Below are positions 43,528 to 52,270 of a DNA stretch of 64,000 nt, one piece after another; position 1 is the first letter of the stretch; each line of letters begins with the position of its first letter. Under the pieces are notes generated by a model. That model was not told where the DNA came from, did no database searches, and saw only the letters and a program-made list of their open reading frames with translations. Location: NCBI GenBank assembly GCA_944358305.1, contig CALVQK010000009.1:393-64392 (forward strand), in the 5' to 3' direction. The DNA comes from an uncultured Bacilli bacterium. GTDB lineage: Bacteria > Bacillota_I > Bacilli_A > RF39 > UBA660. A program made the position numbers and the translations under genes.

Positions 43528-45405
43528 TTATTGCAATGCAATCTCAAATGGATCTTCTTTTGTTCCATCGCCAGATGTTATTATAACGTTTGATTTTAGA
43601 TTTATGGATGGACGGACACCGTTCGCGAGCGAATGAGTGCCGTAGTCCGCAGCACCATCGCTGTACACGCGACGCACGCCAGACGTACTATATGGTGTTA
43701 AGGTCCAATAAATTGTTGTTAATCCAGTACTAGTACTTCCACCCTTTACTGCATATCTTTCGAATTGTCCTGCCATTAATTCACCCATACGAAGTAAACC
43801 TACTTTGGCACTTGTAGTAGACATAGTTGCACTGCTCATAGAAGTATCTGTATACTTAGCTAACTTGTATGAAGTACCATTACTTACTGTTCCTAAATAC
43901 CATGTCGTACTTTCTTCTATCATATCACTATAATCATTACCTAGATAACTTGTTAAATATTCTCCATTTAAGAACGTTCCTATAGTATTACTACTTGAAA
44001 ACGTTGTATTACTTCCAAAAGCACTTATTATAAATTCTCCTGAACTCTTTAATGGCTCGACACTGGTTATCTTAGTTAACCCTGGCGTTTCGTGACTTAC
44101 TATGCGATATAGATTATTTTCATTATTTCCAAATCTTATATATTCTCCACTATATCTTGTATTCAATAAAGTGCCTGATAAACTATTATCATTGTCTCCT
44201 TCTAAGCGATAGGGATTTTCTTCTGTTCCATCACCATCTACAATTTTAACATTAGATTTTAGATTTATTGATGGACGGACACCGATCGCGTCCGAAGGGT
44301 TGTAGATGTCCGTATAACCATCACTGCTCACGTCACGCACGTAAGACGTACTATATGGTGTTAAGGTCCACCAATAAAGTCCATTATTTAAATAGCCATT
44401 ACTATAGGTTGTTCCATAATAACTAGATTGATATTCATACATATTAAGTAATCCTACGGCAGAAGTTACTGATGTTGACTCATCTGGTCTTGTTATACTT
44501 CCTAACTCTCTATTATCTTGAGTGGCATCCCACCTAGCATCAGTTACTATAAAGTTTTCATAATTTCTTAAATTACCAAGGAAACCATCTACTGTTGTAT
44601 CGTTTAACCACTCTTCCATATAACTTCCTGCAAAATCTGTACTACCACTTGAATAATTAATTGCACTTATATTCCATTGAGTTACTAATTTAACTGTCTT
44701 TGCTTCATTATTAACAGACACCGCTCTCCATAATTTACCACTATACCATATATAATTATTTGGATCTTCTCCTGTTATAAAAGTAGCAACCCCATCATCA
44801 TATTGGTTTTCTTCTGGAATATTATCAAGTAATACTGTTCCAGCTTCTTTCGCTCTTTCTTGAGACACTTCTACTCTTAAAACTCCGCTAAATACTTGTC
44901 CTCCATAATTACCATCTACTTCATCTGTTATCCACAAGTTTAAACTATATGTATTAGTTTCTCCTCCTGCTATGGTTCCACTATCTAACACTCTATTTGA
45001 ATTAGCACCTATTATAGTAAGTAAAGTTGCGCCACTGTTCTTTCCATTTTTATTTAAATTATATTTTAAATACATATCATCTATTCTGGTATCTGCATCA
45101 CCAATAGTGTTATCATCTAAATAAATAGTATAATCTACTGGCTTATCACCATTATTTCTTAATTCAAATGTTGATGGTGTTAAATTCATACCATCTTCAT
45201 CACTTAGTCCTATAGCATTATCTAAAGTTATGCCTTCACTTGTTTCATTTAAGACTAGTTCTAATTCTCCTACTTTTACTATTTGATCCGATCCGTTTAA
45301 ACGAGTAGAAAAGTAAGCATAACTTATTGCAATAATCAATATTATTATTATCAATATACTTATTACTAAAGTAATTATCTTCTTCTTTTTATTATCTTTC
45401 TTCAT
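43528..45405 (-). CDS. secreted TasA/camelysin-like N-domain protein, paralogue 1, with two C-type variable cassette modules
   Basis: Signal peptide with an AxA-type cleavage site. The mature N-terminus and following region (VKVGELELVLNETSEG…) match the TasA pattern (GTLDLSAKEN…). The conserved core is DDGVATFITGEDPNNYIWYSGKLWRAVSVN. The module WWTLTPYS-[variable]-GVRPSINLKSNV occurs twice (internal and C-terminal). Confidence 0.6.
   Translation of the reverse strand: MKKDNKKKKIITLVISILIIIILIIAISYAYFSTRLNGSDQIVKVGELELVLNETSEGITLDNAIGLSDEDGMNLTPSTFELRNNGDKPVDYTIYLDDNTIGDADTRIDDMYLKYNLNKNGKNSGATLLTIIGANSNRVLDSGTIAGGETNTYSLNLWITDEVDGNYGGQVFSGVLRVEVSQERAKEAGTVLLDNIPEENQYDDGVATFITGEDPNNYIWYSGKLWRAVSVNNEAKTVKLVTQWNISAINYSSGSTDFAGSYMEEWLNDTTVDGFLGNLRNYENFIVTDARWDATQDNRELGSITRPDESTSVTSAVGLLNMYEYQSSYYGTTYSNGYLNNGLYWWTLTPYSTSYVRDVSSDGYTDIYNPSDAIGVRPSINLKSNVKIVDGDGTEENPYRLEGDNDNSLSGTLLNTRYSGEYIRFGNNENNLYRIVSHETPGLTKITSVEPLKSSGEFIISAFGSNTTFSSSNTIGTFLNGEYLTSYLGNDYSDMIEESTTWYLGTVSNGTSYKLAKYTDTSMSSATMSTTSAKVGLLRMGELMAGQFERYAVKGGSTSTGLTTIYWTLTPYSTSGVRRVYSDGAADYGTHSLANGVRPSINLKSNVIITSGDGTKEDPFEIALQ
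43612..43688 (-). other. GC-rich, A-depleted hypervariable cassette A (C-terminal module of paralogue 1)
   Basis: Encodes SGVRRVYSDGAADYGTHSLAN with codons GGC GTG CGT CGC GTG TAC AGC … TCG CTC GCG AAC. GC is roughly 60% against an AT-rich gene background. It is sharply bounded by the conserved AT-rich ccatatagt (PYS) and ccatccataaatctaaaa (PSINLK). Confidence 0.6.
44275..44351 (-). other. GC-rich hypervariable cassette B (internal module of paralogue 1)
   Basis: Encodes STSYVRDVSSDGYTDIYNPSDAI. It is co-linear with cassette A at DNA level, with differences almost entirely in codon positions 1-2 of NNC codons. Confidence 0.6.
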
Positions 45406-45418
45406 TATTTACTCCTTT

Positions 45419-47326
45419 CTACTCTGATAAAGCAATTATAAATGGATTTTCTTTGGTACCTGTTCCTGATGTTATTATGACATTTGATTTTAGATTCATG
45501 GATGGTCGAGCCCCGAGCGAATAACTCGAAGGTGAATAGTAATAAGCATTACCACTGCCGCCGACACACCAAACACTCGACGAACTATATGGTGTTAAAA
45601 TCCAATAAGATATTGTTAATCCTGTACTAGATGTTCCTCCCTTTACCGCATATCTTTCAAATTGTCCTGACATTAATTCTCCAAATCTCAATAACCCTAC
45701 TTTAGCTTCCGCTACATTTGAGGTTGTTGCAGTTCCACTTGCATCTGTATATTTTGCATTCTTATATGAGTAGGAACTACCGCTTCCTACAGTTCCAAGG
45801 TACCATGTAGTACTATCTTCTATCATATTAGCATAAATACTATCTACATAGTTTGTTAGATATTCTCCATTTAAAAATGTATCTACTGTATTTGTACTTG
45901 AGAATGTTGTATTACTTCCAAAATTCATTGTTATAAATGTACCAGAACTTTTTAGTGATTCGGCACTGACTATCTTTGTTCCTGTTCCATTTTCGTGGCT
46001 TACTATTCTGTATAAATTATTTTCATCATTTCCAAATTTTATATATTCTCCACTGTATCTACTTGATAACAATGTTCCTGAAAGGTTAGTATCATTATCT
46101 CCGTTTAAGCGATAAGGATTATCTATTGTTCCATCACCATCTACAATACGAACACTAGATTTTAGATTTATAGATGGCCGAGCCCCGTACACATAGCCCG
46201 AAGGCGAATAGTAGAATGCAAGACCATTGTAGTTGACATTCCGAACACTTGACGAACTATATGGGGTTAAAGTCCACCAATAAAGTCCATTATTTAAATA
46301 ACCATTACTATAGGTTGTTCCTCTATAACTTGATTGATACTCATACATATTTAAAAGCCCTACTGCATCTGTTACTATCATACCATCGTCCCTTGGTCTT
46401 GTTATGCTTCCTAAATCAGTAGCATCCATTGTCGCATTCCACTTAGCATCTGTTACAATAAAGTTTTCGTAATCTCTTAAATTACCTAAGAAACCATCTA
46501 CACTGGTATCATTTAACCACTCTTCCATATAACTTTCTTCAAAAGCTGTATTCCCACTTGCATTATAAGAAATAGCACTTATATTCCATTGTGTTACTAA
46601 TTTAGTTGTTCCTGCTTCCTTATTAACAGACACTGCTCTCCATAACTTTCCACTATACCATATATAATTATCTGGATTTTCTCCTGTTATAAAGGTATCT
46701 ATTCCATCATCATACTTATTTTCTTCAGGAATATTTTCAAGTAATACTGTACTTGCCTCTTCTCCTACACTTTGACTTCCTACTACTCTTAACTTTCCTT
46801 TAAAGACTTTGCCACTAGCTTCTTCAGTAGTTGCATCATAGTCTATCCAGATTCTTAAGGTATAATTAATAGTTTCATCAGGTGCGATTGTTCCAAAGTC
46901 TACTCTTCTATTAGGATTACTTCCCATAGTTGTCATATTTCTAGTCATAAATGTTTCATCATTTCTTGTTAGACTATATCTTATACTAGAGTCTGGGATT
47001 CTACTTTCTCCTTCACTTAACTCTATATCATCTAAGTAGATTGTATAATCTGTATCTATCTTTCCATTATTTACTATACTAAAGTTAAAACCATTAAGAT
47101 TCATTCCTTCATTATCTGAAAGTGGTATTTGTTTCTCTAAAGTAAGTTCATTTCCTTCTTCTAATACTAAATCAAGAGTTCCTACTCTTACCAAATATTC
47201 TTTATCTCCTTGTAGTGTTGTTGTTAGGTAAGCGAATGCTATTCCTATTAAAAGAAGAATTATTATTACAAGCCCTATTATTATATATTTCTTATTTTTC
47301 TTTATTGCTTCTTTCATTACATTCAC
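45419..47326 (-). CDS. secreted TasA/camelysin-like N-domain protein, paralogue 2, with two variable cassette modules
   Basis: Same architecture as 43528..45405, with high protein identity in the conserved regions and 13 nt intergenic. Confidence 0.6.
   Translation of the reverse strand: MNVMKEAIKKNKKYIIIGLVIIILLLIGIAFAYLTTTLQGDKEYLVRVGTLDLVLEEGNELTLEKQIPLSDNEGMNLNGFNFSIVNNGKIDTDYTIYLDDIELSEGESRIPDSSIRYSLTRNDETFMTRNMTTMGSNPNRRVDFGTIAPDETINYTLRIWIDYDATTEEASGKVFKGKLRVVGSQSVGEEASTVLLENIPEENKYDDGIDTFITGENPDNYIWYSGKLWRAVSVNKEAGTTKLVTQWNISAISYNASGNTAFEESYMEEWLNDTSVDGFLGNLRDYENFIVTDAKWNATMDATDLGSITRPRDDGMIVTDAVGLLNMYEYQSSYRGTTYSNGYLNNGLYWWTLTPYSSSSVRNVNYNGLAFYYSPSGYVYGARPSINLKSSVRIVDGDGTIDNPYRLNGDNDTNLSGTLLSSRYSGEYIKFGNDENNLYRIVSHENGTGTKIVSAESLKSSGTFITMNFGSNTTFSSTNTVDTFLNGEYLTNYVDSIYANMIEDSTTWYLGTVGSGSSYSYKNAKYTDASGTATTSNVAEAKVGLLRFGELMSGQFERYAVKGGTSSTGLTISYWILTPYSSSSVWCVGGSGNAYYYSPSSYSLGARPSMNLKSNVIITSGTGTKENPFIIALSE
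45506..45586 (-). other. GC-rich hypervariable cassette C (C-terminal module of paralogue 2)
   Basis: Encodes SSSSVWCVGGSGNAYYYSPSSYSLGA. TCG, GGC and CTC GGG GCT CGA codons sit inside an AT-rich gene. Confidence 0.55.
46178..46258 (-). other. GC-rich hypervariable cassette D (internal module of paralogue 2)
   Basis: Encodes SSSSVRNVNYNGLAFYYSPSGYVYGA. It is co-linear with cassette C. Confidence 0.55.
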
Positions 47327-49123
47327 CTACCTTATTGTTGCTACTAAACGGAAAGCATCATTTCTACTATTACCCCCAACAGCACTATTACTAATTTCAA
47401 AATTAAAAATTCCCGCTTCAATACTATAATTATAAATTCCTCCACGTAATTGCCATGGGTATTGTTCTCTTACTAAACCACGATAATCACTATACCAATT
47501 ATTAGTCTCGTATAAAGCATGGCTCAAACATTCATTTCCACTACAAGCTGTTAACATGTTATCAGTTGTATATTTATCATAATATTTTGAGTCAGGCATA
47601 GAAGAAAAACCACTATCTGCAATTAAATCATTATAATTTGCCATTGTATATTCATGAGCACCACCACTCATATCATATATCCCATAGATATTTCCAGTAG
47701 TAGATGCGCCTGTTCCATTTATATCTACATTATATTGATATTGACATCCATAATCTGTGCTATCATTACTTGGAGCACCATAACTACAGCCTGTTATAAA
47801 TTGATCTGATTTGTTTTGATATATTTCTTTATTCGTTCCACTAAAGTCTTCATTACCTAACTTTCCATATTTAGATTGAGATAGATATGCAACTATTCCC
47901 CATTCACTATTCTTCATCATATGCGTATCTGTTGTACTCTCTATCCCATATCTATTACCCGCATTATTCATCTTTAAACTCACATTAAAAGCATTACTTA
48001 CATTTATATTTCTCCAACTAAAGGCATTAGGCTTTATAATTACATCCAAATTAGCAGTATTGCCACCACCATCTACTTCACTTGGATCACTACTACTTGT
48101 CTCAAACTTTCCTACCCAGATTCCTCTTAACTCTTCATCTCCAAATGTAAAAGCAGCTGGTGTATACCAACTATCATCACTTATTCCTTCACTTACTATG
48201 TATTTTGCACTTCCTCTATCTTTTGTATTTTCACTAACAAACTTTACATCTATTTCTCCTGGTAGTGCTTGGGTTGGAGTTGTATCTAAATAGGTTCCTT
48301 GTTTTCCATAATAGTTTGTCCCATCTTCACTTCCTATTGTATATGAATATCTTGGTATCCATACCCACATTGTCTCTATATCATCCATATTTACTACTGT
48401 TCCTACACTTGCATTCTTATATGCACTTCTTGTTGATTCTGATACTGTTACAGCATTTGCCCACATCAACTCTTCATAATTATACCAACTATTATTTATA
48501 TTTGTTCTATCTGCTTTTACCCAGTTACTTCCATCATAACTTACTGGTATCATTCCTTCATCTAACATTGGTGCATTTGGACTATTCTGTTCTCTATCAT
48601 AACTTGTTACTACTATCTTACTTTGATATATTGTTCCTTGTGCCTCATTCCCTGCATCCTCATCTAACCACATATACAAAGTATATGTTACTGTATCGCT
48701 TGGCTCTAATACATCTTCTCCTATTATTTCAAAAGAACCTATCCCATAATCACTTACTCTTATTACTCCACTATCATAGCCATTATTTCCTGTTATTTTC
48801 ATCTTTAAATTTGAATTACTTAATGTATTATTACTATCTTCTTCTAATGATACATGGTAATAAGCATTTATATTTCCTGTATTTGTTACTGTAAAAGTAT
48901 AAGGAGTTGTTTGTAGACCTTCTTTATCAGACATAGGAGCGCTATTTTCTATACTTATATTATCACCTTCACTAAAATCAACTTTTAATATTCCTGCTGT
49001 TAGTGTTATTTCTTTATCTCCTTCTATAGTCATAGTTAATAAGGCATAACTTGCACCTATTAATGCTAACACACTTATTAATATTATTACTACTGATATT
49101 ACTATATATTTTTTCTTTGTCAT
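47327..49123 (-). CDS. secreted TasA/camelysin-like N-domain protein, paralogue 3 (divergent C-terminal half, no variable cassette)
   Basis: N-terminal …ITLTAGILKVDFSEGDNISIENSAPMSDKEGLQTTPYTFTVTNTGNI… aligns to TasA (…TFASGTLDLSAKENSASVNLSNLKPGDKLTKDFQFENNGSL…). The C-terminal half is unrelated to the modules in the other paralogues. There is 0 nt intergenic to the upstream gene. Confidence 0.55.
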   Translation of the reverse strand: MTKKKYIVISVVIILISVLALIGASYALLTMTIEGDKEITLTAGILKVDFSEGDNISIENSAPMSDKEGLQTTPYTFTVTNTGNINAYYHVSLEEDSNNTLSNSNLKMKITGNNGYDSGVIRVSDYGIGSFEIIGEDVLEPSDTVTYTLYMWLDEDAGNEAQGTIYQSKIVVTSYDREQNSPNAPMLDEGMIPVSYDGSNWVKADRTNINNSWYNYEELMWANAVTVSESTRSAYKNASVGTVVNMDDIETMWVWIPRYSYTIGSEDGTNYYGKQGTYLDTTPTQALPGEIDVKFVSENTKDRGSAKYIVSEGISDDSWYTPAAFTFGDEELRGIWVGKFETSSSDPSEVDGGGNTANLDVIIKPNAFSWRNINVSNAFNVSLKMNNAGNRYGIESTTDTHMMKNSEWGIVAYLSQSKYGKLGNEDFSGTNKEIYQNKSDQFITGCSYGAPSNDSTDYGCQYQYNVDINGTGASTTGNIYGIYDMSGGAHEYTMANYNDLIADSGFSSMPDSKYYDKYTTDNMLTACSGNECLSHALYETNNWYSDYRGLVREQYPWQLRGGIYNYSIEAGIFNFEISNSAVGGNSRNDAFRLVATIR

Positions 49124-49256
49124 ATTACCAAACTCCTACTACCTTTAATATATCCAATATACATATTGTTATTCTTATTAAATTATACAACAAACATTAA
49201 GGGTAATACAAGTAAGTTATTTACATCAATCTCAATTTTCAAAAAAAGAAAAGCAA

Positions 49257-50846
49257 CTACTTACTTTTCTTTTCATAATATTCATCAAAACTAAGTCTCC
49301 TATCAATAATAGAACCATCATCTAATATTTCAATAATTCTATTACAAACAGTCTGATTTAATTCATGGTCTCTTGAAGTTAAGATTAACTCTCCTTGGAA
49401 ATTTTCTAATCCTTTATTTAAAGATGTAATACTCTCTAAATCTAAATGGTTAGTAGGCTCATCTAATATAAGAAAATTAGGCTCTTCTAACATTAATTTA
49501 CTTAACATACATCTTGCCTTCTCTCCTCCTGATAAAACACTAACTTTCTTAAATACATCTTCTCCTGAAAATAACATTCTTCCTAAAAAACTTCTTAAGT
49601 GTGTCTCATCATCTATCTTTTTAAACTGTCCTAACCATTCAATAATATTTTTATCTTGATCAAAATAACTACTATTATCTTGAGGTAAATATGAAGGATC
49701 TATTGTTTTTCCAAACACTACTTCCCCTTCATAATCCTTAATATTGCCTGCTAATATTTCAAAAAGAGTAGTCTTTGCTAAATCATTATCAGAAACAATC
49801 GCAATCTTATCACTACGTAAAATTGTAAATGATATTTTATTAAGAATCTTCTTACCATCTACTTCTTTAACTAAATTAGTAACTTTTAATACTTCTTTAC
49901 CAATTCCCTTAGTAATCTTAAAATCTATATAAGGATACTTTCTAGAAGATGGAACTATTTCCTCAAGTTCAATCTTTTCTAACATCTTCTTCCTAGAAGT
50001 TGCCTGTTTACTTTTAGAAGCATTAGCACTAAACCTAGCGATAAAGTCTTGTAATTCTTTAATTTTCTCTTCTTTCTTTTTATTTGAATCCTTCATTTGT
50101 TTTAAAAGAAGTTGGCTTGACTCATACCAAAAATCATAGTTACCTATATACAAATTCATTTTACCATAATCAATATCCACAATATGTGTGCAAACTTTAT
50201 TTAAAAAATGTCTATCATGACTAACAACTATTACAGTGTTAGGATAATTAATTATAAACTCTTCTAACCAACTAATCGCATCAATATCCAAACTATTAGT
50301 AGGTTCATCTAATAAAAGTATATCAGGATTACCAAATAAAGCACTAGCAAGCATTACTTTTACTCTTAACTTAACAGGTATATCTTTCATATCTTTATCA
50401 AAATACTCATCACTAATACCTAAATTAGTAAGTAAAATTGCCGCATCGTTTTCAGCATTCCAACCATCCATATCTAAAAACTCTGCTTCAAGATCTGCTA
50501 ATCTATAGCCATCTTCTTCACTAAACTCTGTATGAGAATATAACTCTTCTTTTTCTTTCATAATCTTATAAAGACGATCATTACCCATAATAACAACATC
50601 AAGTACTCTCATATCATCATACTGATAGTGATCTTGTTTTAAAACCGAAATTCTTTCTCCCTTACTAACCGTAATATCCCCAGTAGTAGTTTCAATTTCA
50701 CCTGTAAGCAGTTTTAAAAATGTACTTTTCCCAGCCCCATTCGCTCCTATTATTCCATAACAATTACCACTAGTAAATTTTAAATTAACATTTTCAAACA
50801 AAACTCTTTTATCAAACCTTAAACTAACATTATTAACTTGTAACAT
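49257..50846 (-). CDS. ABC-F family ATPase (two tandem ABC domains, no TM domain; EttA/Uup/YdiF-like)
   Basis: Two Walker A motifs (GANGAGKST and …GKTTLFEIL…) and two LSGGE/LSGGQ signatures, with an inter-domain linker. Confidence 0.85.
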   Translation of the reverse strand: MLQVNNVSLRFDKRVLFENVNLKFTSGNCYGIIGANGAGKSTFLKLLTGEIETTTGDITVSKGERISVLKQDHYQYDDMRVLDVVIMGNDRLYKIMKEKEELYSHTEFSEEDGYRLADLEAEFLDMDGWNAENDAAILLTNLGISDEYFDKDMKDIPVKLRVKVMLASALFGNPDILLLDEPTNSLDIDAISWLEEFIINYPNTVIVVSHDRHFLNKVCTHIVDIDYGKMNLYIGNYDFWYESSQLLLKQMKDSNKKKEEKIKELQDFIARFSANASKSKQATSRKKMLEKIELEEIVPSSRKYPYIDFKITKGIGKEVLKVTNLVKEVDGKKILNKISFTILRSDKIAIVSDNDLAKTTLFEILAGNIKDYEGEVVFGKTIDPSYLPQDNSSYFDQDKNIIEWLGQFKKIDDETHLRSFLGRMLFSGEDVFKKVSVLSGGEKARCMLSKLMLEEPNFLILDEPTNHLDLESITSLNKGLENFQGELILTSRDHELNQTVCNRIIEILDDGSIIDRRLSFDEYYEKKSK

Positions 50847-50899
50847 AACATCACCTCAAAACAATTAAAATTTTAACAGAAAACCAAAGAAAAAGAAAG

Positions 50900-51562
50900 T
50901 TATTTTAATACTTTCTTTAAAGTAACTTCTATAGGATAAGCTTCACCTATTCCTGATATTTCTGTCATTCCTGTTAATTTATGAACATTCATACATTCTA
51001 AATTTCTAGATATAAAGAAATGATTTAACATCTCTCTATTATTCTTAACATACATCTCCTGTCTTACTAAAGTAGAGATATCATCTAAAGCTAGCACCTG
51101 ACACAATCTATTTATATTAACTTCTCTTGGAAATCTTCCTGCTACTACCCTAGTTGGCAGATAACGATCATTACCAAATGGATCACAAATATCACACACA
51201 CTATCTATATTATAAGGATCTTCACAATTCACATTAATAAATGCCATAGGAAAATCTTTATAAGGAAAAATAGAAGAAGTTACAGGAACATCATAAGAAA
51301 AATTAACCATAACTTCATCATCAAAAGGCAAACTAGATTTATATAGTGTTGCAACTTTATCATTATAAACTATTTTATTATAAGAAGAATTTAACTGTGG
51401 TTGTTTTAAATTAATATTGTTTTTTATACTATCGCCTTGTAACATAACAATATCATAACCTTCTTCACTAATAAAATCTGTTATATAAGCTTTTCTTTTC
51501 TTATCTTTAATAGGAACAAAACTTCTTCCTAAATTCATACTAAGTATTCTAATATTTCCCAT
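50900..51562 (-). CDS. hypothetical protein, distant endonuclease/exonuclease/phosphatase (EEP)-like, paralogue 1
   Basis: N-terminal ILSMNLGRSF…DIVMLQGD resembles an EEP N-terminus, but the canonical LQE glutamate is Gly. It is 40-45% identical to the adjacent ORF. Confidence 0.35.
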   Translation of the reverse strand: MGNIRILSMNLGRSFVPIKDKKRKAYITDFISEEGYDIVMLQGDSIKNNINLKQPQLNSSYNKIVYNDKVATLYKSSLPFDDEVMVNFSYDVPVTSSIFPYKDFPMAFINVNCEDPYNIDSVCDICDPFGNDRYLPTRVVAGRFPREVNINRLCQVLALDDISTLVRQEMYVKNNREMLNHFFISRNLECMNVHKLTGMTEISGIGEAYPIEVTLKKVLK

Positions 51563-51581
51563 AATCTTTCTCCAAATTAAT

Positions 51582-52229
51582 TTATTTCAAAACTTTCTTA
51601 CGTACTATAGATGCTTCAATAGGATAAGCTTCACCTAACTTTAATGTTTCTGTCAATCCCACTAACTTACGAACATTTTCTGCTTCTAAGTTTCTTGATA
51701 TAAAGAAATGATTTACCATATCTCTATTGTTTTTAATATGCGTATCTAGCCCAATTAAAGTAGAAACATCATCTAAATCAAATTGATCACAAAATAGATT
51801 TGTATCAAAAGCCCTAGGAAATCTACCGGCAACTATTCTACTTCTTACATAATGAACATCTTTCTCTTTAGAATAAAGATCACACGCATCATATAATTCA
51901 TCAATATTTTTTAAATCCTTACAATTTACATTAACAAGAATTACGGGTCTATCAATATTAGAAATAATTGAACAGTTAAGTATATTTGTAGCTCTACTTT
52001 CAACAATTAATCTATTAGATACAAGAGTAAGAACATCTTTAGAAGAATCAGCATAATCATAACCTAAATCTTTAAAAAAACTATTTCTTCCTACTCCATT
52101 ACCTTGTAACATAACAACATCATATTTTTCTGTATCAATTTTCTCCCTCAAAAACTCTTTTTTTCTTTTATCTTTAATAGGAATAAAACCTCTTCCTAAA
52201 TTCATACTAAATATTTTTAAATTTTCCAT
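51582..52229 (-). CDS. hypothetical protein, EEP-like, paralogue 2
   Basis: Start chosen at the MENLKIFSMNLGRGF ATG at 52229, which has a GGAGG RBS. It shares the DVVMLQGNG feature (Q-G in place of Q-E). Confidence 0.35.
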   Translation of the reverse strand: MENLKIFSMNLGRGFIPIKDKRKKEFLREKIDTEKYDVVMLQGNGVGRNSFFKDLGYDYADSSKDVLTLVSNRLIVESRATNILNCSIISNIDRPVILVNVNCKDLKNIDELYDACDLYSKEKDVHYVRSRIVAGRFPRAFDTNLFCDQFDLDDVSTLIGLDTHIKNNRDMVNHFFISRNLEAENVRKLVGLTETLKLGEAYPIEASIVRKKVLK

Positions 52230-52270
52230 AACTTCCTCCAAATGTGCCTCTATTATAATACAAATATCTT

